Source of the DNA: a virus
Lineage: Duplodnaviria; Caudoviricetes
Reading direction: 5' to 3' (one strand)
Virus record (IMG/VR): IMGVR_UViG_3300012020_000005
Coordinates: 17,460 to 81,459 of that record
Length of the DNA: 64,000 nt
The position numbers and the translations under genes are program-made. This document shows positions 50,001 to 59,795 of this stretch, in pieces. The stretch's first letter is position 1. Each line of letters opens with the position of its first letter. The notes under the pieces are model-generated. The model saw only the letters and a program-made list of their open reading frames with translations. It had not been told where the DNA came from and did no database searches.

Positions 50001-53000
50001 AATATGGTATTTTCTAATGTTACTATTTTAATTACTCGACTTCCATTTGACCAATTATCAGCCTCTGTATCTGCGGCATTTAAAAATAATTTTGCCTCTT
50101 GAAACCCTGCTATATTTGTAAAGTCATCTCCTTCATTTGTTATTATATAATATATTGTCCCTGCTTCAAATAACGTATTAGATTTAAATTCAGTATTTAT
50201 TGTGTAATAATTTATAAAATCTAATTGTTGTGCAGAAGATAGATTAAATAAATCTGTTATATTTATTTTAAGATTTTGAGAGTTATAGAGTTCATTATTA
50301 TCAGGATAAGTTTCTGTAGATTCCCAATATGCAAAGCTACCATATTCGTGAGGAACAGGATTACAACTGTCTACTTTAGGTATTACTTTAAAGCAAGAAG
50401 CTGTATATGTTTCCCTTTTATCAATTTCTATTGCGTCAAATGTAACCTCTATTGAAGTATTTTCAATATCACGGGTATAAACAGAAAAACATCCACATGC
50501 AGGGGCTGTTCTGTACATTACAAATGTGTCAAAGGGAGTAGGACATTCAAGAGGGATTGTTGGTACATTTTCTGTAACTATGGGGTTATCAATAGCTACA
50601 TAAAAATTTTCAGGTAATGGGTATGTTTCTAAATAAGCCGAATCATATATATCAAAAACCCCTACATTTGTATCATATATTCCACCATATCCCTCAATTG
50701 GAGTTGTTGCTGTACAAGAACTGTAAAAAGTGTATCGTGCATTATTAATTACAGCAATATCGTCTTCTATATCACAATCTGAGTTTTTAGTTATTTCAAA
50801 AATAAAACTATCTCTGTTTTTTTTATCTACTTTAAACCATACTGCTCCCTTGTGTAAAAAACTTTCAAAATAAGGACTTGATGATACTGCTTCTTTTGTA
50901 GTTAAAATATTATTTATGTCAGCATCAAAATAATAATTATTATAGTAGGAAATCCCCTCAGATGAAGGTGTATTATTATTTATAACAAAATCGGCATATC
51001 CACAATTTTCGTTATTTGGTACTTTTCTTAAATATGCAATTTTATCACACTTTAAAAAAGTTTCTTGGTCTGGATTTTCTCTTATCTTTCCTTCACCATT
51101 TAGTTTAAAAATATTACAAAGTGTAGGTGGTATGGATAGGATGTAATCTTCTTCTGCTTTAGGTACAAATGTACTTGATGTTTCTATAACTTGTCCAACA
51201 CTATTCTCAGAGTTTAGTAATGTAATATCTTGGCAAATTGGAGGGTCTGATTCAAAAAAAGCATCACAATGAACATCATAAGTTGCCTCTAATGCATCGT
51301 TTAATAAGGTTAATTTAACTATAGTTTCATCTGATGCGGGTATTGTGCCATTTAAAATTCCTTCTAAATTCTCTTCAATATATTCTTTTAAATTTGTATA
51401 AGTACCAACTATGGGTAAAATATAACTATCAGAGGAAATAGTAGCCACATTTTGTTTAATACAAGATTTTTGTTCATTTACATAAAATGAATTTCCTGAA
51501 ACTTCCCCACATACTCCTTCTATCTCAGCAGTATTATATATTTGCCAAATTTTATCCCTTCCTTGTATAGAACAATTCGGAGAATTTTCAACTAAAGATA
51601 AGTAGTTTAAATCATCCTCTGCCACTGTGTCTTTTTCATCCCCTACAGCAGGTCTAGCTACTAAAGGAAATACATGTCCATAGTCGCCATCTTTTTCAAA
51701 AAATCTAATACCATAGGGTTGTACTTCATCTCTTGTGTTTCCTTTATACTTAGAAGTAGCTATTAAATCTTTATATAAATCTTCTTTTGCAGCGACCGTA
51801 TGCCATTTTAAAAATCCCCCTAATATATTTACAATAGGTTGTAAATTAGGTTGTCTTTTTGATGTCAATCCTCCCTGATACAAACTTCCATTAACTCTTT
51901 CTAAAAACTCTACTTTTTCATACGATGGATGTACAGCAAGAATATCCTCTAAAGTTGTTCTTTCTTTGGTGTTGGTTATGTCTCCATTAGGTATTTCTCC
52001 TAAAGTAGCAGAAGATGTATAAAGTATTGTATTGTCTGTTGTTGGGTGTATTCCCTCTATAAAATAATTAGGAATATTAGCTAAATTAGCTATCTCTATT
52101 ACAGCAACTTTATAGTATTTGAAATTTGTATCTAAATTATCTACTTTTAATTTAATAGAAAAATTAGTTAGCTGATTTAATTGAGGTTGGTTTAGTATAT
52201 TATTATTTTCGTCAAATATACTTATTGGAGTTGTTGGGGTAAAATATTGGGTTGCTTTATTTCCTTTTGCGTCACAATATGCAACTAAAAAGGAATAAGT
52301 GCCCATTTTTAAATTTCCACCTGTTTGAATTAAATCGGCTTGTATTCTAGGTACTTTATAATGTGGTGACATTAATAGTTTTGTAACATCAACGCCATCA
52401 AATGCATTTTCACAAATCTGTTCTCTTTGGTCATCTCCGCAAATAATATCTCCTGTATATTTATAGTATTCAATATCATAAACTTTTAAATACCTTGGTG
52501 GGTTTAAGTTGTTTGTCCAATATAAAGTATCTCCTAATTTTTCTTGTTTTAATTGTGGAGTTTTTATAGGATAGTTAATATCAAATTTTAAATCACCATT
52601 ACAATAATCATTAAGTAATTCAATATATTCTGTTGTTGGGGATTCTTCTGTTTGTTCTAATGGTATTGACAGGTCTTTTTTCTGATTGCAATCTACACAT
52701 TCACTATATAAATCATTTGTGGAGTCTGTTGCGGGTTTATCTGAACAATACCCTATAGAACTTAAGCCTGTTTCGGGATTTGTTAGCCAATAATATGTAA
52801 TGTCTTTTGATATATTTGAAACATATCCTATAACTTTATATCCTGTTGGAAAACGAGTGGTTAATAAAGAAGATGGCTCTGACATTACATTCAAAGTATC
52901 CCCTATTTGAGATTCTGTATTTAAGTTTAATCCAAAAGTATAATCTGTAGGTTCTAATAAATGAGGAGATACATTACGTTGCATCCCCTTTTTTACAAAA

Positions 53001-53026
53001 TTAGCGTCTATTTTCTTTTTTGCCAT
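47054..53026 (-). CDS. Tail stabilization / nozzle protein (crAss-like), 1990 aa
   Basis: KGMQR...P...YTFGLN N-terminus, G.Y.F.VAY, YPN.P.NDL, GHF.VDAKRG, GM..WF.EQLPF; follows ring-protein genes. Confidence 0.7.
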   Translation of the reverse strand: MAKKKIDANFVKKGMQRNVSPHLLEPTDYTFGLNLNTESQIGDTLNVMSEPSSLLTTRFPTGYKVIGYVSNISKDITYYWLTNPETGLSSIGYCSDKPATDSTNDLYSECVDCNQKKDLSIPLEQTEESPTTEYIELLNDYCNGDLKFDINYPIKTPQLKQEKLGDTLYWTNNLNPPRYLKVYDIEYYKYTGDIICGDDQREQICENAFDGVDVTKLLMSPHYKVPRIQADLIQTGGNLKMGTYSFLVAYCDAKGNKATQYFTPTTPISIFDENNNILNQPQLNQLTNFSIKLKVDNLDTNFKYYKVAVIEIANLANIPNYFIEGIHPTTDNTILYTSSATLGEIPNGDITNTKERTTLEDILAVHPSYEKVEFLERVNGSLYQGGLTSKRQPNLQPIVNILGGFLKWHTVAAKEDLYKDLIATSKYKGNTRDEVQPYGIRFFEKDGDYGHVFPLVARPAVGDEKDTVAEDDLNYLSLVENSPNCSIQGRDKIWQIYNTAEIEGVCGEVSGNSFYVNEQKSCIKQNVATISSDSYILPIVGTYTNLKEYIEENLEGILNGTIPASDETIVKLTLLNDALEATYDVHCDAFFESDPPICQDITLLNSENSVGQVIETSSTFVPKAEEDYILSIPPTLCNIFKLNGEGKIRENPDQETFLKCDKIAYLRKVPNNENCGYADFVINNNTPSSEGISYYNNYYFDADINNILTTKEAVSSSPYFESFLHKGAVWFKVDKKNRDSFIFEITKNSDCDIEDDIAVINNARYTFYSSCTATTPIEGYGGIYDTNVGVFDIYDSAYLETYPLPENFYVAIDNPIVTENVPTIPLECPTPFDTFVMYRTAPACGCFSVYTRDIENTSIEVTFDAIEIDKRETYTASCFKVIPKVDSCNPVPHEYGSFAYWESTETYPDNNELYNSQNLKINITDLFNLSSAQQLDFINYYTINTEFKSNTLFEAGTIYYIITNEGDDFTNIAGFQEAKLFLNAADTEADNWSNGSRVIKIVTLENTILLLKNLNLTCEPIRHFKFPDNNKVPFMGEYETIDFSESIIFPLGVTFKDNTIINTLLDVAVNNNLLTQEQRNNIIGYEILRGDNSANKSIIASGLGYDMYKYNERDKEVLYPNFPHNDLGYDLLHTENGSLITHPYDGEYNSKFSMISPEFAYGKPILPSEVKMTGYQVGQSRGEFADMEDHSKWVILSNRGRDWASALALAEGTLELAIKIGELNKGHWATFGMSNGGSIAGMIATGIAVGVMFTNQALKVGQYRYQWMETFKNLGSPQNFASIYASEGFHNKFLRNVDNSNYTRGLAIKKYMKDGKFKYTNENSKEYISVNNFRREYSVFLSLGDQDTIGDLNWRKNVFSYSEEYYFNDNNSLSNGLGGSKVIASQAGCPTNLSGEIITPVGSPYFTLKNYIPSQYGEIDSITWLTTNFYSDLNNFNNCSIDNIVFGGTCVISRYTYHRKHQIFKTDAFGLPDRLPFNYYDYPNVATPAYWVNYDFNDQSGSFLDIAFPEIRSDWSFDCSTKRGAYMKKPSKIYTQYHGIASFLVESEINCNFRYGRTALKDRFYPQVGDLLDYCQEKNLSISEPNTFFYNNVYSFPVTFSPYTTLDRTYIKKVYDKKKDSPNGVIYSEPDNSENDLIDPWLIYKPLNKYDFGTKNGKLIGLKSLESEIVLARFEDDMIGFNKIDNLAGKLTPQLIETGGSGVFLKRPFEFKATDLGLAGTQNTDMINTPYGHFTVDAKRGKVWRLDDSGNNLEAISESIGGKDSGMKNWFREQLPFKILKYFPEADIDNKFKGIGISMGWDARFDRVFITKKDYIPKSNECTLKYEEGIGFYTDCVEEVISCSDGYTYNEDTQLCEKTIQTQAICTEKIPFNFTNLALDTCGGSFVNFSGGSQSFAKCSYLLPIVLECGGSISAGVIKYIVQDIQIGLGVYALSDSANVDTSFNGNFVADNNISPELYPGLSPNSQVVITVVNGIITTITNFNDLPNCI

Positions 53027-53889
53027 TACATTCTTGGTAAACTAAAAGAATTAAATCTTTTTCTATTATTTTTTATAACTTTATCTTCCCACCCTTTAGA
53101 GCCTATAAATTTCCACTCTGTTTGAGCCAACTTAAAATAATCATTGGATTCTTGAATATAAACAGGAAGTAACTGCGATAAACTTTGTGGATTTTTATTA
53201 TTTGCTATGAGCGTTTTTGTTATCTCTTTTAAATTGTAAGCTATTAAATATTTTTCTAAATTTCCATGCCATCCTTCAGGAACTATAATTTCTCCTTCAT
53301 CATCTAACTCATATCCATTAAATTGAATATATACTTTACCTATTGAAAAATTAGTTTGTAGAATCTTATTATTTATAGATATTTGATTATATCCTTTACC
53401 TCTTAATTCTTTTGAAAGGTTTGCACAATCCACTGCATATCCTTGCCTATTTATAGAAGGAACTATTGTTAACCATTGAGGAGTATAACCAACTTTTGCT
53501 GTTCCTGAGTGAAGTGTTATAATCTCTTCTACAACTTTTGTTTTACAGGAATCAATATATTCATTAGATACTCTGTCATAATATACAGGGTTAACTATTG
53601 TTTTTTTACTTAAATATGTGCCTAATTCTTCTTGGTCAACTTCATCTGCATACATTCCAAAAGGGTCTAATTTTAAAGCTAATTTTAGAGAGCGAAAGTT
53701 TTCAGGTAACTCTGCCTGAGAATTAGTAATATCAAGAATTGTTTCGTTTTTAGATAACAAGTTATTTCCAAATCTGTTCATTTCTAAAATACATCTTCTT
53801 TTTATACTATTTCTATCTATATCTCCACTTTCTGCAAAACTTGAAAGTTCTGTTTCTATCTCAGATATTATTTGCTTTATTGTTGGCAT
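53026..53889 (-). CDS. Tail ring / tubular-type protein
   Basis: Position immediately upstream of the stabilization gene; I.TNF..G.VYI motif. Confidence 0.5.
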   Translation of the reverse strand: MPTIKQIISEIETELSSFAESGDIDRNSIKRRCILEMNRFGNNLLSKNETILDITNSQAELPENFRSLKLALKLDPFGMYADEVDQEELGTYLSKKTIVNPVYYDRVSNEYIDSCKTKVVEEIITLHSGTAKVGYTPQWLTIVPSINRQGYAVDCANLSKELRGKGYNQISINNKILQTNFSIGKVYIQFNGYELDDEGEIIVPEGWHGNLEKYLIAYNLKEITKTLIANNKNPQSLSQLLPVYIQESNDYFKLAQTEWKFIGSKGWEDKVIKNNRKRFNSFSLPRM

Positions 53890-54379
53890 TTCTGTATTGT
53901 TTAGTTAATTTATTTGCTTTATATAGTTGCTTTAAAGCTGTGTAGCACAAATAATATTTTGTTTTTGACTTTCTTACCTTTTTTAAAAATTGCAGATTAA
54001 AAGAAGAACTCATACTCCAATCTCTAAAATTTCTTCTATCTATGTCTCCGAAAAAATAAGGGGAATATCTATATTTTTTTTTAATAGACTCATAGTTATT
54101 TTTAAAGGTATTAAAAATACTAAGTCTTTTTCTTGATTTTTTTGGAGACATTATAACTCCAAAATACCCTAGTCCTTCTAAATAAACCCCTCCATCTGCT
54201 TCAATCATCATATCTGCTATTTCTCTAATCATAGCTCCAATAGTCCTTCTGAACAATGTGTGGTCTTTTAGCCAAGGCACAGTTCTTCTTCTATTTTCTC
54301 TATAAAAATCATAGAACTCCCTACCTGTGATGTCTATTCCATCACTATAACCCTTTTTTTTAATTTCCTTCGTTACCAT
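53861..54379 (-). CDS. IHF/HU-like DNA-binding protein
   Basis: Basic protein with GVYLEGLGYF motif between ring-protein genes. Confidence 0.5.
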   Translation of the reverse strand: MVTKEIKKKGYSDGIDITGREFYDFYRENRRRTVPWLKDHTLFRRTIGAMIREIADMMIEADGGVYLEGLGYFGVIMSPKKSRKRLSIFNTFKNNYESIKKKYRYSPYFFGDIDRRNFRDWSMSSSFNLQFLKKVRKSKTKYYLCYTALKQLYKANKLTKQYRNANNKANNI

Positions 54380-55028
54380 TTGGATTTTGGTCAGGTTGAA
54401 TTGCTTTATAAGTAGAGAGTAATGTCTGTACTGTATCTTTGAATACAGAATCTAATATTTTATCAGGGCAGATGTATTCATAATCCCACAGACTTTTGCA
54501 TTTGTTTTCCCCGTTACAGCCTTCTATTTTTTCTGTTTCGGGTGTTATTTTTAAGACTCTAACAGTATGTATTTCTTCATCTAATATCCATAGATAGCCT
54601 TGACCATCTTCGTAACAATAAACTTCTCCTTTTACCTTATACTGTCTACTTCTATTTCGTCTTATTTGTTCAGGCGATTGAATTGTTAAAGAAAATATTC
54701 CATCTATTGATGTAACTTCTTTTATAGAACTTCCATTCCTTGACCAAATACTTTTAGGTAATGGTTTTTTAGACCTCATTACTATTCTACATTGTCTAAA
54801 CTCTATTATAGGACATTTAATGACTTCTACTCTTTCCATCTCAATACAAGGAATTTCTGAATAAAGATTCATTTCTAATCCTATCGTGCGGTCTAATAAT
54901 TTTTGAGAAATTATTTGATTTGTTATATTTTTTAAAATAGATAAAACATATCTTCTTGATATATGTTGGTCTACATTGTTTACTCGCAATGTATTTATTA
55001 TTCTATCTGTAGCTTCTCTATAATTCAT
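54360..55028 (-). CDS. Tail ring / tubular-type protein
   Basis: D..ISRRYVL, EIPC.EME.V, RSKKPLP; position in the tail module. Confidence 0.55.
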   Translation of the reverse strand: MNYREATDRIINTLRVNNVDQHISRRYVLSILKNITNQIISQKLLDRTIGLEMNLYSEIPCIEMERVEVIKCPIIEFRQCRIVMRSKKPLPKSIWSRNGSSIKEVTSIDGIFSLTIQSPEQIRRNRSRQYKVKGEVYCYEDGQGYLWILDEEIHTVRVLKITPETEKIEGCNGENKCKSLWDYEYICPDKILDSVFKDTVQTLLSTYKAIQPDQNPNGNEGN

Positions 55029-55159
55029 AAATGCAAATTTAATGTTTTATTCATATTTATTAAAATAACTTATTTTTTCAGTAATTAAAAAAGTGCGAGA
55101 AGATTTTACTCCAATCGCACTTCCAACAAAAAGAGGAAACCAATAACCTCTATTTTTTA

Positions 55160-55903
55160 TTAATCGGATAATTCTACCTTATAATTAATCATTGTATTGT
55201 AAATATTTTTATCGATTTTATCTTTCCACTTATCTGCTACTTCTTTTATATACTTTTCTTTAGTTGTTTTGTAGGCTTGAAATGCTTCTTCAATGGTATC
55301 AAATGTATGAGTATATCCTCTGATGCTTGATGTATACATATTTTCTTTTTTGTTAAAGGAAACACCTATAGGATATTTACCTCTAATACTATTTGCTTTT
55401 AAAAACAAAGTATTTATTTCTCTAGGTACTAAACAGCAATTTTCAGAAGAATACATTTTATCTCCATTGACTAAAATATCTTTATCAAGTTGCCAAGTCT
55501 TGTCCATCCAAGGTTTCCAATTTTGTTCATACCACTCAGCAAAAATCTGAAAGTTGTGCCATTCTTTACAAATAACTATATTTCTATAAGTTGGATGCTT
55601 TTTTTGAAATTTTAAATTATAACATCTAGTAAACATTCCTGTCCAAGCATTGTATTCTTTTGACTTTATTCCCCTTACTCTAGCTTTATATAGTCCTATT
55701 CCATGATACCCAATATTATAAATAGTTGGATGATAAGGATTTTTAATTGTTCCTTTTTTAACTTGTTTAAAACTTATATTATATAATATAACACCATTTT
55801 CAAATTCAATATCACAATTCAATTGATTTTTATAATTTATTACTTTAACTAAATACCCCTGATTAGTTAAATATTTCTCTCCCGTTCTATCTTTTAGTTT
55901 CAT
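55160..55903 (-). CDS. HNH-type homing endonuclease-like protein
   Basis: Paralogue of 16090-16824 (KDRTGE, YHP..Y..GY.G, WHNFQ.FAEW, LDKDIL). Confidence 0.7.
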   Translation of the reverse strand: MKLKDRTGEKYLTNQGYLVKVINYKNQLNCDIEFENGVILYNISFKQVKKGTIKNPYHPTIYNIGYHGIGLYKARVRGIKSKEYNAWTGMFTRCYNLKFQKKHPTYRNIVICKEWHNFQIFAEWYEQNWKPWMDKTWQLDKDILVNGDKMYSSENCCLVPREINTLFLKANSIRGKYPIGVSFNKKENMYTSSIRGYTHTFDTIEEAFQAYKTTKEKYIKEVADKWKDKIDKNIYNTMINYKVELSD

Positions 55904-55916
55904 ATTTAATTTTTTA

Positions 55917-55946
55917 CAAAGATAACAAATTAATTTAAAAAACCAA
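55917..55946 (-). promoter_or_regulatory. Bacteroidota-type promoter in front of the HNH gene
   Basis: On - strand: TTG - 19 nt - TATCTTTG. Confidence 0.6.
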
Positions 55947-55962
55947 AAACTTTTTCAATATT

Positions 55963-56404
55963 TTAATTAGTTGTCACTGTAACACCATTTCCTGTTAAAG
56001 TTGTAACTGCTGTATCTGAGGCTGAACTTCTAGGCTGATTATCATTATTTAAATTTATTTCTCTTTCTTCAGGTGGGGTCACTATTATCCAAGAAATCAC
56101 TGCTGATAAATCAATCAGTAATTGGTCAACTTCTGCTGTAGATAATTGTCCTGCTAATGTTGGGTCTACATAGACTGTTCTCATTGTAGAGTTCCAAACC
56201 TTAGTTGTATAACTTGCTTGACTTAGACCTCTGTTAACAAAATACCTCATTCCTGCGGGTGTTTGTGCTACATCCCCAATCTACCAATAGTGTTGAAGAT
56301 TCTGATATTGTTATATCAAAAGCTGTAAAATCACTGCTAATTAAAGATAAAGGTAGAAAATCTTCGTAGGATACTCTTAATATGTCTTTTTTAAAGTTAC
56401 ACAT
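55963..56404 (-). pseudogene. Frameshifted / internally deleted tail-associated gene
   Basis: MCNFKKDILR...LLVDWG from ATG 56404 goes out of frame at about 56273 with the downstream DVAQTPAGMRYF...VTVTTN. Confidence 0.5.
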
Positions 56405-56503
56405 ATAATTTTTATACTTTTAAATTACCTAAAAGAAAACTTTCATTTAATAACCCATATACTTCAATATGTGCATTATAGTATTGCCCTCTTATTTATA
56501 TTT

Positions 56504-57367
56504 TTAAGAACATTCGATGTTTAATATACGCCACCCTGTTTGCTCATCTGCTGACATACCAACAACTGATATTGTTTCAGGATAAGGGTCTGTCTTATTA
56601 AATGTAAGTTTTATATCACCATCCGAAGCCTTAGCTACATTTGTATAATCAATAGTGTCAACAGTTTGGGAACTTGCTGTAATGGTAGGAAACCCTGATG
56701 CTAATCTTGTAAAAACTAGTACAGCAGATGATGGATTTGTTAGTACAATTCCATAGGTCGTAAAAAGAGTTACCGCATGTTGTATGAGAAAAGCTGTTGC
56801 TGTTTGTGCCACTGTTCCTGCATCAGGAGTTGTATAGGTAACTCCGTTTACTACAATAGATAAATCCACACCATCTGTAGTAACTGTTATCGTTTGTGAT
56901 ATTTTAGTTGGGTAATCTGCAACAACCCCTACTTGATTTCCAATACTACCTAAGCTTCTCAAAGTTCCTGGGTCTCCTGTACTATCTGCTATATCTATAG
57001 ATGAAAAGCTTACTGCTATTGTTCCATTTGGGTTAAACCCAACTCCATCATATAAAAATTTGTTAAGAGTAGTAGTACTTGTTATAATGTTTTCATAATA
57101 ACTGCTTGGGTTTGGATTTGGCGGGACTATTCCCCCTAAATATCCCCCTACAAACAAAGAGTCTGCAACTATACTTTCGTCCCATATTATTTGAAATCTA
57201 TCAGGAATATTTGATGCAGTTAATGTTATAGTAATATTTCCTGTACCACTTCCCACAAATATAGGAACTTCATAGTAACCCGAGTCGTTTACATTAATAG
57301 CTAATCTTCCTCCACAATATAATGTTTCATCGGCTGTTCTTAATATATTTTTTTTAAATTGTCTCAT
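56504..57367 (-). CDS. Putative tail-fibre / structural protein
   Basis: Thr/Gly/Val-rich beta-type sequence in the tail module. Confidence 0.55.
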   Translation of the reverse strand: MRQFKKNILRTADETLYCGGRLAINVNDSGYYEVPIFVGSGTGNITITLTASNIPDRFQIIWDESIVADSLFVGGYLGGIVPPNPNPSSYYENIITSTTTLNKFLYDGVGFNPNGTIAVSFSSIDIADSTGDPGTLRSLGSIGNQVGVVADYPTKISQTITVTTDGVDLSIVVNGVTYTTPDAGTVAQTATAFLIQHAVTLFTTYGIVLTNPSSAVLVFTRLASGFPTITASSQTVDTIDYTNVAKASDGDIKLTFNKTDPYPETISVVGMSADEQTGWRILNIECS

Positions 57368-58305
57368 TATATTTTTAAATTTCCAATTAAGAAAAGTTCA
57401 GGTAGTACTCCGTATTGCTCCAAGTGTGCATTATAATTCTGACCTTTTATTTTATAAGCTCCTGAAATAGGAGTATTAATTGTTACTCCACCTCCTGCTA
57501 CAAAAGTAACATCTGCCGTACCTCTTTGTATAAAGCCTACGTTAAATGCCTCTTTCAATCCTGTAGGTACAGTGATTGTAATGGGCGTTGAGCCGTTATT
57601 AACTATTAATGTATAGTTATCATCACTATCTGTTAAGGTATAGGTACTTCCACTTATTGTTTTTTGCAAGTTTGTAGTTTCTATTACGTATGGGTCTCCA
57701 CTAGTTCCTGCTCCTGTTACAGTTGTTGTTATTCCGTTATCTATTGACGTAGGTGTTGCCTCTACTGTTAAATCTAATTGCTCTTCACTTGAAGATATTG
57801 TTACAGAATTATCGCTTGAAATAATAGTTTTAAAATTAAAAGATGTATTTAAATCCACCACCTCGTTTCCTGAATATACAGCATACCCTTCACCTAAATT
57901 TGATGCAGAATAAGTTGGAATGATTTCTAAAAGAGCTTCTTCATCTACACTTACCTGTATCTCTTCTGTATCTTGGTTTATAGTTATTAAATTACTTCCT
58001 ATTATACTTCTTATCTCTTTTTGCCCAATTCCATTAACTCCTTTATAAACCTGTGCGCCATCTCCTACATTAACTAAAGATATATAGTTTGCCACCTCTG
58101 AGATTTTATCACATACTGCTTGGTCAATAGCTTCTAACGTTTCTGTTAAAGTTAAATTACTTTCTATGTTTAAACAGGGGAACGTGCTCTTAACGTCTGA
58201 GACACAATCAGAAGATATGAATACTTTACAAGCACAATTTGTTGTCACACAAGGAGTTGAATTACATCCACAATTTGAATTATTATTGTTATTACAATTA
58301 CACAT
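57367..58305 (-). CDS. Putative tail-fibre / collar protein
   Basis: Cys-rich start, repeated N.G.G..VY...F..I.S..I.I units, C-terminal Y.L..SD...GFN..FIQ.G...V.F..G domain. Confidence 0.6.
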   Translation of the reverse strand: MCNCNNNNNSNCGCNSTPCVTTNCACKVFISSDCVSDVKSTFPCLNIESNLTLTETLEAIDQAVCDKISEVANYISLVNVGDGAQVYKGVNGIGQKEIRSIIGSNLITINQDTEEIQVSVDEEALLEIIPTYSASNLGEGYAVYSGNEVVDLNTSFNFKTIISSDNSVTISSSEEQLDLTVEATPTSIDNGITTTVTGAGTSGDPYVIETTNLQKTISGSTYTLTDSDDNYTLIVNNGSTPITITVPTGLKEAFNVGFIQRGTADVTFVAGGGVTINTPISGAYKIKGQNYNAHLEQYGVLPELFLIGNLKI

Positions 58306-58319
58306 TTATTTAATTTTTA

Positions 58320-58943
58320 TTAGTTGTAAACTCTTATTTCTATAAATTGGTCTTGCATTACTCCATCTACCATAGATGCTCCTACATTTTGGTACAGTGC
58401 CCCATCGCCTACATTCCCTAAATCATAATTATCAATGATAAATTCTGTAGGTGTATTATAATAACCCCAAATAGATACAAGATATGATGAATTTCCACTT
58501 CCTTGTATTAATTGTACTTTTCCTTGTTCAAACAAGGGTGCTTCTGCTCTTAGTGTATAATTTCCTACATCATTGTATACCCAACTTACATCAATATCAA
58601 GTGTGTTTTCTAAAACTATTGCCGTTGGTGCATCAGTTCCTGTTTGAGAGAGTAAGGCAGTATAAACTTTGTAAGTTCTAGGGTCTGTTATTTGACCTTG
58701 TAGTTCATCTATAATAGTTGTTTGATTAGCTATTTGCTCGTCTTTATATAAAAGAGCTAAAACTAAGTTATTTATTATATTTTTTACCGAAGAATTTGCA
58801 GGTAAGTTTAAATATGGTATAGCACTTTCTTGTACTATACATTCAGTAGATGTATAAATTCCACCGCAATTTTCCGAGATTGGGGTAGGTATATTTGTTC
58901 CTGTGTAGCAATTATCATTCATAATTATGGTGTTTGTGGGCAA
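58320..58943 (-). CDS. Putative structural protein
   Basis: YKVYTALLSQ.GT.AP...VLENTL...Y..VG.Y; related to the C-terminus of 62317-63432. Confidence 0.55.
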   Translation of the reverse strand: MPTNTIIMNDNCYTGTNIPTPISENCGGIYTSTECIVQESAIPYLNLPANSSVKNIINNLVLALLYKDEQIANQTTIIDELQGQITDPRTYKVYTALLSQTGTDAPTAIVLENTLDIDVSWVYNDVGNYTLRAEAPLFEQGKVQLIQGSGNSSYLVSIWGYYNTPTEFIIDNYDLGNVGDGALYQNVGASMVDGVMQDQFIEIRVYN

Positions 58944-59284
58944 ATGCCGTCATTTAATTTGTCTATTAAGTCTGCTTGTTCTCCTTGTGTTTTTAATAAA
59001 TCTTCTATTTGTTGTTTTTGCTCACAAATTACATCTATTAAATACTGAAACATTTTTTTAGCATTATTATCCGTTGGTAGCTCTAAACATCCTTCATCTA
59101 ATTCAGTTAAATCTAGCTCTGTTTTTATTTCTCCAAGTAGGTAGTATTGGTCAATAGCTACTTCTTCAATTGAAATACACTCATCTCCAACTAATGTTGA
59201 AAATTCAGGTATTTCTGCTTCATAATTTATACAAGAAGCATATCCTTTCTTACACCTCATTTTTATTTTATCTTCACAACTCAT
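58925..59284 (-). CDS. Cys-rich hypothetical structural protein
   Basis: MSC start, several Cys, coiled-coil tail. Confidence 0.55.
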   Translation of the reverse strand: MSCEDKIKMRCKKGYASCINYEAEIPEFSTLVGDECISIEEVAIDQYYLLGEIKTELDLTELDEGCLELPTDNNAKKMFQYLIDVICEQKQQIEDLLKTQGEQADLIDKLNDGICPQTP

Positions 59285-59297
59285 TTTTTATTTTATT

Positions 59298-59795
59298 TTA
59301 ATAATTAGCAAATAAACAGCAATTATAGTTTCCTTTTGTAAAGATACCTATATGTGTTGAATTTTTATTTAGTAGTATTTCTTTATGTCCTTTTTTACTG
59401 TTCATATAAGCAAAGAAATAAGATTGGTCAGAAGAAAATCCATACCCCACTGTCTCTAATAAATTTGAAGCTTTACTATCAAAAAATCTTAATTGAAATC
59501 CATCGTGGTTTGGCTCTCCCCCATCTAAAATCATCTCATTACACTTCTCTTCACAAATCTTATCTAGCAGTACTTCTGATTTTAATTCTCTTAACCCTCT
59601 TTCCTTTCTTTCGTTATTTATAAGAACAAACAATTTATTTTCTGTTTCTTTTTCTTGTGGTATATACTTTTCATTTACTTTTTTATATTCCGACTTATTT
59701 AAAAATATTAAGAAGATAAAAATTGAAATTATTATTACTATTGTTAACATATAAACGTATAAATAATAATACCTATTATTGAAGATATTAACCAA
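59298..59795 (-). CDS. CAP/SCP-like domain protein with N-terminal membrane anchor
   Basis: LINNER...GL..L...NHDGF..R...E.VGYG...MNS.GH..ILL...THIGI. Confidence 0.75.
   Translation of the reverse strand: MVNIFNNRYYYLYVYMLTIVIIISIFIFLIFLNKSEYKKVNEKYIPQEKETENKLFVLINNERKERGLRELKSEVLLDKICEEKCNEMILDGGEPNHDGFQLRFFDSKASNLLETVGYGFSSDQSYFFAYMNSKKGHKEILLNKNSTHIGIFTKGNYNCCLFANY

Noticed and set aside
80-59623. Short antisense ORFs in the track (e.g. 80-358, 1463-1729, 5113-5619, 34336-34722, 49683-50102)
   Set aside because: They lie opposite well-supported genes or across hairpins and have no motifs; treated as shadow ORFs.
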